DNA from: a virus
Strand: one strand, 5' to 3'
Length of the DNA: 64,000 bases
IMG/VR virus record: IMGVR_UViG_3300033233_000034
Coordinates: 5,000-68,999 of that record
Positions within the stretch are counted from its first letter, which is position 1, and every line of letters begins with the position of its first letter. Both the position numbers and the translations under genes were made by a program. Positions 29,443-39,063 of the stretch are shown here, in pieces. Below the pieces are notes generated by a model. It was not told where the DNA came from and searched no databases. It saw nothing but the letters and a program-made list of their open reading frames with translations.

Positions 29443-32075
29443 AGGCAAAAGTATTTATTATATTTTTATGTCTCTGGGGGAATCTGTTTGGGCAATCAGT
29501 ACCCAATACCAGTACCTTTTCATTACAAGACGTGGTGAATGTAGTTACTGGCACAACTCTTATTCAGTCTTTCACAAATTCAATTGATGCTCAATTTGAT
29601 CCTACCTATAAAGGATCAAAAGACCGATTATATAATTTTAGAAATTATACAGGGATTGTATTAGCTCTTCCTACTGTAAGTACATATGATGCAAGTAATG
29701 TAACAGCTTCTTCTGCTTTACTCGGTGGCAATGTTTCGTCGGATGGTGGTTCTTATGTTACAATGAAAGGTATCGCTTGGTTTGCAAGCATGGGGGGTAG
29801 CGTACCCTATGCCGTTAATGGGTACAGTCCAGGGGTGGGTTCATTTTCATTTACAATAACAGGATTAAATACCGGAACTGTTTACTATGTTGCTGTATAC
29901 GCTACTAATAGTATTGGTACGAATTATGGCAACAAAGTATCCTTCACTCCTTATGCAGCCACATATGTCCCTATTGTAACTACTTCGGTTCCTTATAATA
30001 TAACTTCAGTAGGAGCAATCGTTGGGGGAAATGTAACATCGGATGGAGGGGCTTATGTGTCAGTAAAAGGAGTGTGTTGGAATACGTCCCCGAATCCTAC
30101 AACAAATAATTCAAATAACAATTATGGTTCTGGAACTGGTTCTTATTCATATTACCAAACAGGATTTTCTGCAAATACACTTTATTATGTTAGGGCATTT
30201 GCAACAAATAGTGTTGGTACAAGTTATGGAAATCAAGAAACGTTTACAACTTTAGCAAATATCACAACTCCAACGGTAACAACTACTCCATCTAGCAATG
30301 TAACGGCATCGACTGCAACCAGTGGGGGGAACGTAACAAGTGATGGTGGTGCCACGGTTTCAGCGAGAGGGGTCTGTTGGAGTACATCATCGTATCCAAC
30401 AATTTCAGATAGTAAAACAAGTGATGGTACAGGTACAGGTACTTTTACAAGTAGTATAACAGGATTAAATTCAGGTGCTACTTACTATTATCGTGCGTAC
30501 GCAACTAATTCAGCAGGGACTGCTTATGGAGCCAATTATAGTTTTTCAATAGTATCTATAACCCTACCAACCGTGACAACTACATCTGTTACAAGTTATA
30601 CGTCAACAAGTGCTATAATGGGAGGAAATGTAACAGCGGATGGTAATGCCACGGTAACAGAAAAAGGTGTTTGTTATTCAATAAGCCCGAATCCTACAAC
30701 AAATAATTTTAAGATGGGTTTGGGGAATGATACTGGTGTATTTAGTGGAACAGTAAATGGATTAAATCAAAATTCTACTTATTATGTAAGAGCCTACGCT
30801 ATAAATTCTATGGGTACAGCCTACGGAAACCAAGTATCATTTACTACTTCCATAATATTATCTGCACCCACGGTAACGACAACAGCGGCAACCAATATAA
30901 CTACATCAACTGTTTATTTAGGTGGAAATGTAACTTCTAGCGGAGGAGCAACAGTATCATCGAGAGGGGTATGTTATTCAACATCTCAAACGCCAACACT
31001 GGCCAGTAGCGTGCATTTTTTCGGTTCTGGTACCGGGGAATTTTCTTTTGTTCAAACAGGCCTGACTTCAAACACTTTATATTATGCTCGTGCATTTGCA
31101 ACCAATTCGGTGGGCACTTCCTACGGAAATCAAGTGTCTTTTACAACAGCTACAAATATAGTCGTTCCAACTGTTAGTGCCACTACATTACTTACTGATG
31201 CTGGATGGACAGCTGCATCGTCAGTTACCTCTGATGGTGGGGCAACAGTTACAGTTAGGGGATTCTGTTGGTCAACGTCACCAAATCCAACAACGGCAAA
31301 TTCCCATAATGATAGCGGGTCCGGCACTGGTGTTTTTGTGGGAACTCTTACTGGATTATCGGAGGGTACGGCTTATTATGTTCGGGCATACGCTACGAAT
31401 AGTGCTGGTACAGGATATGGATCACAAGTATCTTTCATTACAGGTGTAACCACAACGACCCCAACGGTCACCACGGCTGCGATCACAAATATAACAGCAA
31501 CAGGAGCGACCGGGGGCGGTGAAGTAACAGCTACCGGAGGGCTAACAGTTACCTCTCGTGGCGTTCAATATTCAACAAATCCACTATTTCAACAAAATTC
31601 TGTTATAAGCTCAGGTTCGGGATTAGGAGTGTTTACAGTTAATATGGCTGGATTAAATACCGCTACCACCTATTACTACCGTGCTTATGCTGTAAATGTA
31701 AATGGGTATAGTTATGGAAGTATTGTAAGTTTTGTACCGCAACCTCCAGTTTGTGTTAAGCCAACAAATTTACCAATAATAAACCTCGTAACGTCTGCAA
31801 ATGGGATTCTTATAAATTCTTCACAATTAGCTTGTTATTGGTCAAATGCATCTAATCAGAGTGGAACTGTTTATGGATCGTCACAAAGATATATTCAGCA
31901 AGTACAAGTAGGAGGTTCTGAAGTTCCTTACGATATCATTTATAAATATTTAGATACAAGCTGTGATTTAGTTGCTGATGGATATTACATAACACTTTAC
32001 ACTATTACAGGATCATATTATCTATATCCAGTTCAAATAATATCAGGAAAAACATATATAATAAATTGTCCTTAA
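29439..32075 (+). CDS. adhesin-like protein with signal peptide and 7 FN3-like repeats
   Basis: MKAKVFIIFLCLWGNLFGQ; about 100-aa repeats PTVTT..GGNVTSDGG..GVCWST..TYYVRAYATNS.GT.YG. Confidence 0.82.
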   Translation: MKAKVFIIFLCLWGNLFGQSVPNTSTFSLQDVVNVVTGTTLIQSFTNSIDAQFDPTYKGSKDRLYNFRNYTGIVLALPTVSTYDASNVTASSALLGGNVSSDGGSYVTMKGIAWFASMGGSVPYAVNGYSPGVGSFSFTITGLNTGTVYYVAVYATNSIGTNYGNKVSFTPYAATYVPIVTTSVPYNITSVGAIVGGNVTSDGGAYVSVKGVCWNTSPNPTTNNSNNNYGSGTGSYSYYQTGFSANTLYYVRAFATNSVGTSYGNQETFTTLANITTPTVTTTPSSNVTASTATSGGNVTSDGGATVSARGVCWSTSSYPTISDSKTSDGTGTGTFTSSITGLNSGATYYYRAYATNSAGTAYGANYSFSIVSITLPTVTTTSVTSYTSTSAIMGGNVTADGNATVTEKGVCYSISPNPTTNNFKMGLGNDTGVFSGTVNGLNQNSTYYVRAYAINSMGTAYGNQVSFTTSIILSAPTVTTTAATNITTSTVYLGGNVTSSGGATVSSRGVCYSTSQTPTLASSVHFFGSGTGEFSFVQTGLTSNTLYYARAFATNSVGTSYGNQVSFTTATNIVVPTVSATTLLTDAGWTAASSVTSDGGATVTVRGFCWSTSPNPTTANSHNDSGSGTGVFVGTLTGLSEGTAYYVRAYATNSAGTGYGSQVSFITGVTTTTPTVTTAAITNITATGATGGGEVTATGGLTVTSRGVQYSTNPLFQQNSVISSGSGLGVFTVNMAGLNTATTYYYRAYAVNVNGYSYGSIVSFVPQPPVCVKPTNLPIINLVTSANGILINSSQLACYWSNASNQSGTVYGSSQRYIQQVQVGGSEVPYDIIYKYLDTSCDLVADGYYITLYTITGSYYLYPVQIISGKTYIINCP

Positions 32076-32086
32076 ATATAAATACT

Positions 32087-32665
32087 ATGAAAAACCTACT
32101 TGTCATTTTTCTTTTAGCTGCACTCTTTCAATCACATAAGAAAATAGCTACGTATCGAGTAACTGAATATGGTCAAAAAAATGGCGTTTTGTATATTCGA
32201 TTAGATGATAATAAAAAGCCAATATATGTTGATCATTATTTTACGGCTGAAGAACAAAAAACAACTGCCACCAAGGCAATTGTGGTCGCAAAACTTATTG
32301 AAGGTCTGGAGGAAAAGTCTTTAGCATATAAGACTCCCATAAAAACGGTAAATAATTTAAAAACAGGCAGGGGCATTTTACAAGAAGGGAAAAAGGAATA
32401 TCAAATAAGAAAGGATAGACGAGCAGTAAATAAGGAGCAAAAGATAATAGAAAATAAAGTCTATGCAGAAATGCGACAAAAAATTATAGTTGATTCTTTG
32501 TTGAAATTGCAATATGAAAAGGTCTTACAAGCGGAAGCTGAAAGAATCCATAACCTTCAAGAAATAGAAGCCGCACGTATAGCAGCATTGCCAATAATAG
32601 TACCTACGGCTATTGGTATAACACAAACAACCGGAATATCAACTACTAAATCAATTACGAGATGA
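32087..32665 (+). CDS. hypothetical protein with hydrophobic N-terminus
   Basis: Likely ATG at 32087: MKNLLVIFLLAALFQ. Confidence 0.6.
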   Translation: MKNLLVIFLLAALFQSHKKIATYRVTEYGQKNGVLYIRLDDNKKPIYVDHYFTAEEQKTTATKAIVVAKLIEGLEEKSLAYKTPIKTVNNLKTGRGILQEGKKEYQIRKDRRAVNKEQKIIENKVYAEMRQKIIVDSLLKLQYEKVLQAEAERIHNLQEIEAARIAALPIIVPTAIGITQTTGISTTKSITR

Positions 32666-33102
32666 GCGGAAACAAATTTGATCCAGTGGCCAACTTGGCC
32701 AGATTAAAAGAAATGTTAGAAAACATAAAACAATTATGTTCAATTGCTTTTATAGATAATGAGTTATCTGAGTATAAAATGAACTCAGGTAACTGTTCAG
32801 GGGAGGCAATTTTCAATGAGGATGGTATTTCTGTACAAAATGCCTATTTCTCTGCTGACTCTCAAATGGAACCACACGCTCATGAGAATGTCGAAGAGAT
32901 TCATATAGTTTACGAAGGTGACCTAACCAATACGATGGAATTTGCTAACGGTGAAGTAAGGACACTAACAGTACAAGGCAGAGGGGTTATTATTGTCCCA
33001 CCAAATGTAAATCACATAATAGGCTCAAAAAACGGCTGTAAAATAATAGCTATAACTATCCCAAGTGATCCGGGGTATCCTAAAACGAAACAAGATGGTT
33101 AA
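32662..33102 (+). CDS. cupin-domain protein
   Basis: PHAHENVEEIHIVYEG and IVPPNVNH cupin motifs. Confidence 0.8.
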   Translation: MSGNKFDPVANLARLKEMLENIKQLCSIAFIDNELSEYKMNSGNCSGEAIFNEDGISVQNAYFSADSQMEPHAHENVEEIHIVYEGDLTNTMEFANGEVRTLTVQGRGVIIVPPNVNHIIGSKNGCKIIAITIPSDPGYPKTKQDG

Positions 33103-33487
33103 ATCTAAACAGAATGAATTGATTGAATTATTATCTGGAATGATTCAACATATCGAAAAGACTACAACGAAAAAAGAAGGGTTTTTTGATAAAGTGTCAA
33201 ATAGTGTGTTAGTAATCATCATTGCTGGTATGTGTTCTGTTATCGGTTTTAATTTCAATGAGGTCACAAAGAAAGCCGATAAAGAAACAGTGGAAAGGGA
33301 TTACGTTCAGAAATTAACCTATTATCAAATCGAAGCTGATGAGCACAGAATAATGAAACCTCTTTTTTTAACACTAAATCAAAACGGCGACAAGATAACC
33401 AATGTCATCGAAGAAATCAACGACCATATGGCCGGAATGCTGGGATTTAAATATGGAACAACAAGGGGAGGGGGTGAGAAAAAATGA
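33095..33487 (+). CDS. single-TM protein, possible holin/lysis accessory
   Basis: One TM segment (SVLVIIIAGMCSVIGFNF); upstream of the endolysin. Confidence 0.5.
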   Translation: MVKSKQNELIELLSGMIQHIEKTTTKKEGFFDKVSNSVLVIIIAGMCSVIGFNFNEVTKKADKETVERDYVQKLTYYQIEADEHRIMKPLFLTLNQNGDKITNVIEEINDHMAGMLGFKYGTTRGGGEKK

Positions 33488-33584
33488 ATATGGTTAAGGA
33501 TATACAAGATAGAATCGAACAGATAAATCAAAACGATGATTTGTTTGAAGAAATTGATACAGAATTAAAAACGGAGGTGACAAA

Positions 33585-34004
33585 ATGATCTTCTCAAAAG
33601 ACTGTCTTAAAAAATATGGTGAATCAACACCAAATAATAAATGGTTAACACTCTGGGATGTTCCTACCGAATTAGAAATCGGGATGATTCCTAAAAGAAT
33701 ATATTGTAATAAAGATTTGATTCTGCCATTAAGTAAAGTATTTAGAAGCCTAATAGATACCGGGTTTGTTGAAGAAATTAAAACATGGGATGGTTGTTTT
33801 AATATACGTAAAATAAAAGGTTCTAAATCTATGAGTTTACATAGTTGGGCCATTGCTTGTGATGTTAATGCCTTTGAAAACCAATTAGGGCAGATACCAA
33901 AATTATCGGAAGGTTTCGTTTCCTGCTGGACAGATAACGGGTTTGATTGGGGAGGGAGATTTAGTAGAATGGATGGGATGCATTTTCAATTATCGAACAT
34001 TTAA
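33585..34004 (+). CDS. endolysin, M15 family peptidase
   Basis: FNIRK..., SLHSWAIACD, WGG, DGMHFQ; SD GGAGG upstream. Confidence 0.9.
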   Translation: MIFSKDCLKKYGESTPNNKWLTLWDVPTELEIGMIPKRIYCNKDLILPLSKVFRSLIDTGFVEEIKTWDGCFNIRKIKGSKSMSLHSWAIACDVNAFENQLGQIPKLSEGFVSCWTDNGFDWGGRFSRMDGMHFQLSNI

Positions 34005-34015
34005 TAACTACAATT

Positions 34016-34456
34016 ATGAGAGCACTTTTTTTGAGATTTAAAGCGTGGATAGTAAAAGCGTACACCACAGCAAACAGGAAAGCAAAAGTAATCATTCCTA
34101 TTGCAGTTCAGGTAGTCAATAGGATAAAAACATTTATTGATAGTCCTGATGCGGACTTTTTAACGGGGGTTATCCCTGGTACCATTGACGACAGTATTAA
34201 ATTATTCCTCCGCAAAGTTTTGCCTGGTATTCTTTTAGGTTTGCGAAAATGGGAAAGCATCGCAGGAATCGAGGATACAAACGAGAAATTAAAAGCAATT
34301 GCAGAAGAGTTCAAACTATTGTCGAAAGATGAAAGAGACGGCCTAAAAACACAATCTTCCGCAAAGATTATTGCTGCTTATTCCGGCCTACCTGAACCGG
34401 ATGCAAAAATAGCTACTTTGATTGAATATCACCATCCTGATATTATGAACGGATGA
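34016..34456 (+). CDS. hypothetical protein in the lysis module
   Basis: ORF; amphipathic, IPGTIDD motif. Confidence 0.6.
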   Translation: MRALFLRFKAWIVKAYTTANRKAKVIIPIAVQVVNRIKTFIDSPDADFLTGVIPGTIDDSIKLFLRKVLPGILLGLRKWESIAGIEDTNEKLKAIAEEFKLLSKDERDGLKTQSSAKIIAAYSGLPEPDAKIATLIEYHHPDIMNG

Positions 34457-34510
34457 AAATACCTCAGATAAATATCGTTCAAGTTTTCAAATTCATTAAA
34501 AAACTCAAAG

Positions 34511-34906
34511 ATGAAAAATTTAAAATTGATTTTCGTTCTAAGCCTGTTGATATTACCTATAATGGTAGTAGCACAAGACCAAGTTCAGACATTGGGATTC
34601 TTCGCAAAGATAAAGGAATGGGTTCAAACCAACGCCCTTGAAATGTTAGTAGTCTTTCTGGGAGGGATCGGAGCGAAACATGGGTGGACGCAGATAATTA
34701 AAAAATATGCTGCCAAAGGGGCAGTGGTTTGTCATTTGGGAGAAATGGCCCTTGGTACGGCCGAGCATTTTCTTAACGACGTAAGTAATACGGTTAAAGA
34801 AGATGGAACTATTCAGCAAAATAGCATCAAAGAAGTATTCGAAAGCGGGAAATCTCTTGTTACCACGGTTGGAGATATGAAAGTAATATTTCAACCAAAG
34901 ATATAA
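34511..34906 (+). CDS. membrane protein with signal-like N-terminus (possible holin/spanin component)
   Basis: MKNLKLIFVLSLLILPIMVVAQ plus a second hydrophobic stretch; last gene of the late operon. Confidence 0.55.
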   Translation: MKNLKLIFVLSLLILPIMVVAQDQVQTLGFFAKIKEWVQTNALEMLVVFLGGIGAKHGWTQIIKKYAAKGAVVCHLGEMALGTAEHFLNDVSNTVKEDGTIQQNSIKEVFESGKSLVTTVGDMKVIFQPKI

Positions 34907-34926
34907 ACCCCGGTTTTGCTTTGTTG

Positions 34927-34959
34927 AGGGGCTGGCTATTGTGGTTAGCCTCTTTTTTT
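34927..34959 (+). terminator. rho-independent terminator of the late operon
   Basis: AGGGGCTGGCTA-TTG-TGGTTAGCCTCT stem (with G-U pairs) followed by a T run, at the convergence point. Confidence 0.85.
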
Positions 34960-35256
34960 ATGGTTCATTTTTTATTACAAATACAACTAATTTAAAGACT
35001 CCAAAAATCAGTGCTCCAACAAATAATAACCAAAGCCAATTACAAAGTTTTGTTTTCATAGATTTTCTTCTTTTAAAAGTTCTTTAAGTTCTGAAATGAA
35101 TTGTTGATTTTCCATATATAGCATTTTATTACTGAAGGAATTTAATCTACTCAATAAGTTTTTATTCAGTTTTTCTAACCTGATTAACTCTTTTTCCTTT
35201 TCAGATATTAATTGTTCGATTTTTTCTTTCATTTCTCAATTTGTTTAAATTCTATT

Positions 35257-35445
35257 TTAAGACGATAAAACAATTACTTCACAATTTAAGTTCCACATAT
35301 TAGGCTGAAGGCCCTCAAAATCCGTAATAGTTACACGGTTTATAAAACAATTTAATTCAGTTTCATCCTGATCGTGATCCCTCACAGCCACTATCGTATT
35401 AGGGGGCAATTTTTTTAATTCTTTTATTAATTCTTTTGCTGTCAT
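35257..35445 (-). CDS. small hypothetical protein
   Basis: MTAKELIKELKKLP start, common in small phage proteins. Confidence 0.6.
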   Translation of the reverse strand: MTAKELIKELKKLPPNTIVAVRDHDQDETELNCFINRVTITDFEGLQPNMWNLNCEVIVLSS

Positions 35446-35616
35446 GGTTTATTCTGTTAATTTATTTTTCATATTATCATAGTCATCACTTAATTCTTCC
35501 AGTTTTCGACCAGTATAAGTGCCTCTTTTATCTGTTAGTTCACCGCCTAAGGTAGCAACGTCTTTTATCATCGCAACAGGTGTTTCAAATCCCAACCTGC
35601 GGCAACCTGTAGGACG

Positions 35617-35757
35617 TTATGTAGAATTAATGACTCCTAATCCCCTCAATGTGAATATTATCCCTACAACTAATATAATTAAACCACAAGCAAATAATAT
35701 TGCACCAAGCAATATTTGGCCGTGCCCATCAAATAACCATTCTTGAATATTTCTCAT
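35617..35757 (-). CDS. 46-aa membrane peptide
   Basis: Translated by hand: MRNIQEWLFDGHGQILLGAILFACGLIILVVGIIFTLRGLGVINST. Confidence 0.55.
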   Translation of the reverse strand: MRNIQEWLFDGHGQILLGAILFACGLIILVVGIIFTLRGLGVINST

Positions 35758-35775
35758 AATAAATTTATTATTTCC

Positions 35776-35783
35776 CAAAGTTA
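35776..35783 (-). promoter_or_regulatory. possible Bacteroidota -7 promoter box TAACTTTG
   Basis: Matches TAnnTTTG, intergenic, 18 nt upstream of the ORF at 35757. Confidence 0.35.
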
Positions 35784-35795
35784 TAAAATATTGTC

Positions 35796-36410
35796 TTAAT
35801 TATTTACTATTACCTTGGTAACACCTTTCCTAATCCTTGTTTCAAATACCTTATCAGCATAAGATGTTAAAATATCATTATGCGTTACTATAATAAATTG
35901 TAACCCTAACCGTTGGCTTAATTCTTTAATCATAGCAGAAGCCCTTTCTTGACAATCCGCTGATAAGAATCGCAAAGGTTCATCCAGAATTATAGTATTC
36001 CTTGTCCGGGGATTACTCATACTCCAAGAAGCTATTCGTAAAGCAAAAGCAGCTACATCTATCGTACCCCCACCACTTGCAGACAGTGGGTCAACCACCA
36101 TACCATCACGTACAAACAATAAATCACATTCGGTACGATTTCTACGCTGTACAAATTCTACTTTCAGTTCATAAGGATCATTAAACACGGCTTCCAATGC
36201 TAGTGTAGTAATATCCCCGATAGAGAACTGTAGTTGCTCTTGAGTTTTAAGTCCGACAGCCCGTATAATTTCTTTGGCTTCCTCGTGGCGGTGTAAGGAT
36301 CGTTGTAATTGCTTTAATTCCGTGGTAGTAGTTTCCAGAGTTTGTTCTACTTGTATTTGTTGTCCTTTACGTTGCTCAAGGATTTGACGGAGTTGTGGTA
36401 GAGTTTTCAT
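35796..36410 (-). CDS. SbcC/Rad50-like ATPase, C-terminal half
   Basis: Coiled coil, signature ASGGG, Walker B IILDEP, IIVTH. Confidence 0.85.
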   Translation of the reverse strand: MKTLPQLRQILEQRKGQQIQVEQTLETTTTELKQLQRSLHRHEEAKEIIRAVGLKTQEQLQFSIGDITTLALEAVFNDPYELKVEFVQRRNRTECDLLFVRDGMVVDPLSASGGGTIDVAAFALRIASWSMSNPRTRNTIILDEPLRFLSADCQERASAMIKELSQRLGLQFIIVTHNDILTSYADKVFETRIRKGVTKVIVNN

Positions 36411-36546
36411 CTATATTTCTTTTGTATTTGTTTTATTGAAATATCACAAAAGGGAATTGATATTACAATATCACGACATCCCTTATACCAGTTAGTAATA
36501 GTAACTAAAAAACCAAATTGAAATTGAAAATCAAACCTTACTTTTT

Positions 36547-36783
36547 TCATATCTCATATTGTTCTTCAAGTTTCTCAACACCTTCCTCGATTTGTGTTTC
36601 CAAAGTTTCAATCTCTTTTTTCATAGTTTTGAGTTTCTTTTCGGCTTCTTCTACAGTTTTACAACCCCAGTCTTTTTTTAACTGTTTAGTCATGGCTGTT
36701 AATTGACCGTTGAGCTCTGATACGGATGATTTTGCTTCATCCACTTGTTGTTTTAATTTGAGTAATTCACGTTCTGTTTTCAT
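36547..36783 (-). CDS. short coiled-coil protein (possible SbcC middle segment)
   Basis: Heptad pattern over the whole length; lies within the SbcCD cluster. Confidence 0.6.
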   Translation of the reverse strand: MKTERELLKLKQQVDEAKSSVSELNGQLTAMTKQLKKDWGCKTVEEAEKKLKTMKKEIETLETQIEEGVEKLEEQYEI

Positions 36784-36934
36784 GATATTTTTTCTAAAGT
36801 ATCTATAATTGCAAATTTTATTAATTTCCCATTTTTTAATTCTTGTTCTAATTTTTTAACTTTTTTAGGATGGAATAACAACCAATACCAAACTATAAAA
36901 AATTCTTTGCATGATACATTTTGTGTTAATATTT

Positions 36935-37813
36935 TCATACTTCAAGTGCTTTGTAAATAATTTCCATTGTTTTCTCACGTATTTGGTTTTCTTTCTTAAA
37001 CGTTTCCAAATTTTCCTCGAAAGAAAGAGTCCCTACAAAATCATCGTTTAGTCTGCTAATAAAAGCATCAATCTTATTATCACGTTCTGCTTTACCATCT
37101 AAATGGTCACGGGTAACAACATCTTCCTCAATAGGCAGGTAAACAAGTTCTACGGTATTAGTATCTGCAAACCACAGGTAAACCCGTGGACGAAAATCTA
37201 CTTGATCTGCTGACTGTCGAGTAATACAACCGGGATTTACAAGTACTCTCCCTTGATATTCTTCTACAAACGGAATATGGTTATGTCCTGTAAGTATTAG
37301 GTCATAATCCTTGTATTTCCTTAGTATTCCCCCGGCTTTCATATCCGTACATCCCGGCCAAGGTTCTTTACCTTGGTAGTTCATCACGTGCCAAACAAGT
37401 ATATCTCTATCTTGATACCACCAAGAATTTTTAGAAGGGATTTGCCCCCAATGACAACCATCATAAATATCCAATTTATTTGCTTTTTCTAAAGCGTAAA
37501 TACCACACTTATTTGCTAACTCAAGACTATGTTGTGGTAAATCATGATTCCCAAAAATAGTAAAAAATCTATTTGGTAAATACTGCATAGCCATAGAAAG
37601 TAACCATGGGGAAGGTTTCCAATGGTTAAATAGATCACCGGAATGTAGCACTGGACAATCATGGTTCTTTTGTAAATAGGAAATAAATTGGACTTTTTTC
37701 CATTGAACAGCCTGAAAATCATCAGTGCGGCAAGTAGGAGTATCTTCACGTAAGTGCCAGTCACCCGTAAGTATAGCAGAAGCTTGTTTGAATATTTTTT
37801 TAGTCCTTTCCAT
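36935..37813 (-). CDS. SbcD/Mre11-like metallophosphoesterase nuclease
   Basis: GDWH, GDLF, GNHD, GHNH, NPG motifs. Confidence 0.92.
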   Translation of the reverse strand: MERTKKIFKQASAILTGDWHLREDTPTCRTDDFQAVQWKKVQFISYLQKNHDCPVLHSGDLFNHWKPSPWLLSMAMQYLPNRFFTIFGNHDLPQHSLELANKCGIYALEKANKLDIYDGCHWGQIPSKNSWWYQDRDILVWHVMNYQGKEPWPGCTDMKAGGILRKYKDYDLILTGHNHIPFVEEYQGRVLVNPGCITRQSADQVDFRPRVYLWFADTNTVELVYLPIEEDVVTRDHLDGKAERDNKIDAFISRLNDDFVGTLSFEENLETFKKENQIREKTMEIIYKALEV

Positions 37814-37992
37814 ATCATCTTTTTGGGATTAATTCTTAATAAAGAGCAAGGTTCTAAATTTTTTAAATATTCTTTGCCACCAACTTATTTTTGTGGTAAT
37901 TTTTTTAATAGTTACTTTAGTATTTTTTAATGCCTTATTTAATTCAGAAGTATCAATATTTACTTCAAAATTTAATTCTCCTTTAGCCATTA

Positions 37993-39063
37993 TTATTTAT
38001 TTTTTATAGGTTGTACATAAGATTCACATAATGGACAAATAAGAGGCATTTCTTTTTTAAATGCAATCTCTAATAAGCGTTTGTTTTCAATCATCTCTTT
38101 TAGATTAGTAGATATATCGTTTAAGGTAGAAACGGCTTGTTTTAGCCCTTGTAATCGAAGGAATAAGGCTTTTTTCTTCTCTATTAAACCTAAGATATTA
38201 TTAAGGGGGGTTTCAATCTCTAAAAGTTTCCCATATTCCTCTAAACCTTCATTAATCTGATCAAATCCAATTAAGAATATTCGCAATCTTTCTGATTCTT
38301 CAAAACGTAATCTTTTTTGTTCATATAAAGATAAAATATTGTTTAAAGGCATTTCCAATACAAGTATAGCTGCTTTTTCATTTTTTTCCATACTAACATT
38401 AAGCCAACTATTAAATAATACACTTAAATCATTTACTTTCTTTCCTTTACTTTTAACCTGATTCTGCATTTCTTCCAATACTTCTATCTCAATTTCCATT
38501 TTTTGTAGATACCGGAATGTTTCCTTTTGCTCCTCCAGACGTTTTACCTCAGCATCTTTGTACTTAATATCTGCCGTAAGTTCTCGTACCCATTTATTTA
38601 CATTAGCCGTAGCCTGATCTATTTTATCCAACCGCGCTACCTTATTAAAATGTGTGGCTACCTCACCGGGAGTAGCTGAAATAAGGAAGGGACTGTCATG
38701 CTGTGCTTGTAGGTTGATTTCTGATAAGTTCAGGGTATTTGAGATTTCCACTGGTACTCCCTCTTTACCAAAAGCCTTGAAAGATAAACTATCTGTACTA
38801 TCCGATAAAATATATTCCTCTGCTTTATCTTTAATACGTGTAATGTGGTGGGAATCCATTTCTATTTTTACGGAAGTTTCCCCACCCCAAGTGCTACGAA
38901 AAGCATTACCAGAAGGTTTATTCCACACTACCCAACGAAGTGCCCGTATTATAGTAGATTTACCCGAATCACTACTACCAATTATTACGTTAACTCCATC
39001 AACAAATTGTAAATCAGTCTTTTTATGGCTTTGGAAGTTCCTAATTTTTAGTGATTGTATCAT
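37993..39063 (-). CDS. SbcC/Rad50-like ATPase, N-terminal half ending at the zinc hook
   Basis: NFQSH, Walker A GSSDSGKS, coiled coil, terminal CPLC. Confidence 0.87.
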   Translation of the reverse strand: MIQSLKIRNFQSHKKTDLQFVDGVNVIIGSSDSGKSTIIRALRWVVWNKPSGNAFRSTWGGETSVKIEMDSHHITRIKDKAEEYILSDSTDSLSFKAFGKEGVPVEISNTLNLSEINLQAQHDSPFLISATPGEVATHFNKVARLDKIDQATANVNKWVRELTADIKYKDAEVKRLEEQKETFRYLQKMEIEIEVLEEMQNQVKSKGKKVNDLSVLFNSWLNVSMEKNEKAAILVLEMPLNNILSLYEQKRLRFEESERLRIFLIGFDQINEGLEEYGKLLEIETPLNNILGLIEKKKALFLRLQGLKQAVSTLNDISTNLKEMIENKRLLEIAFKKEMPLICPLCESYVQPIKNK

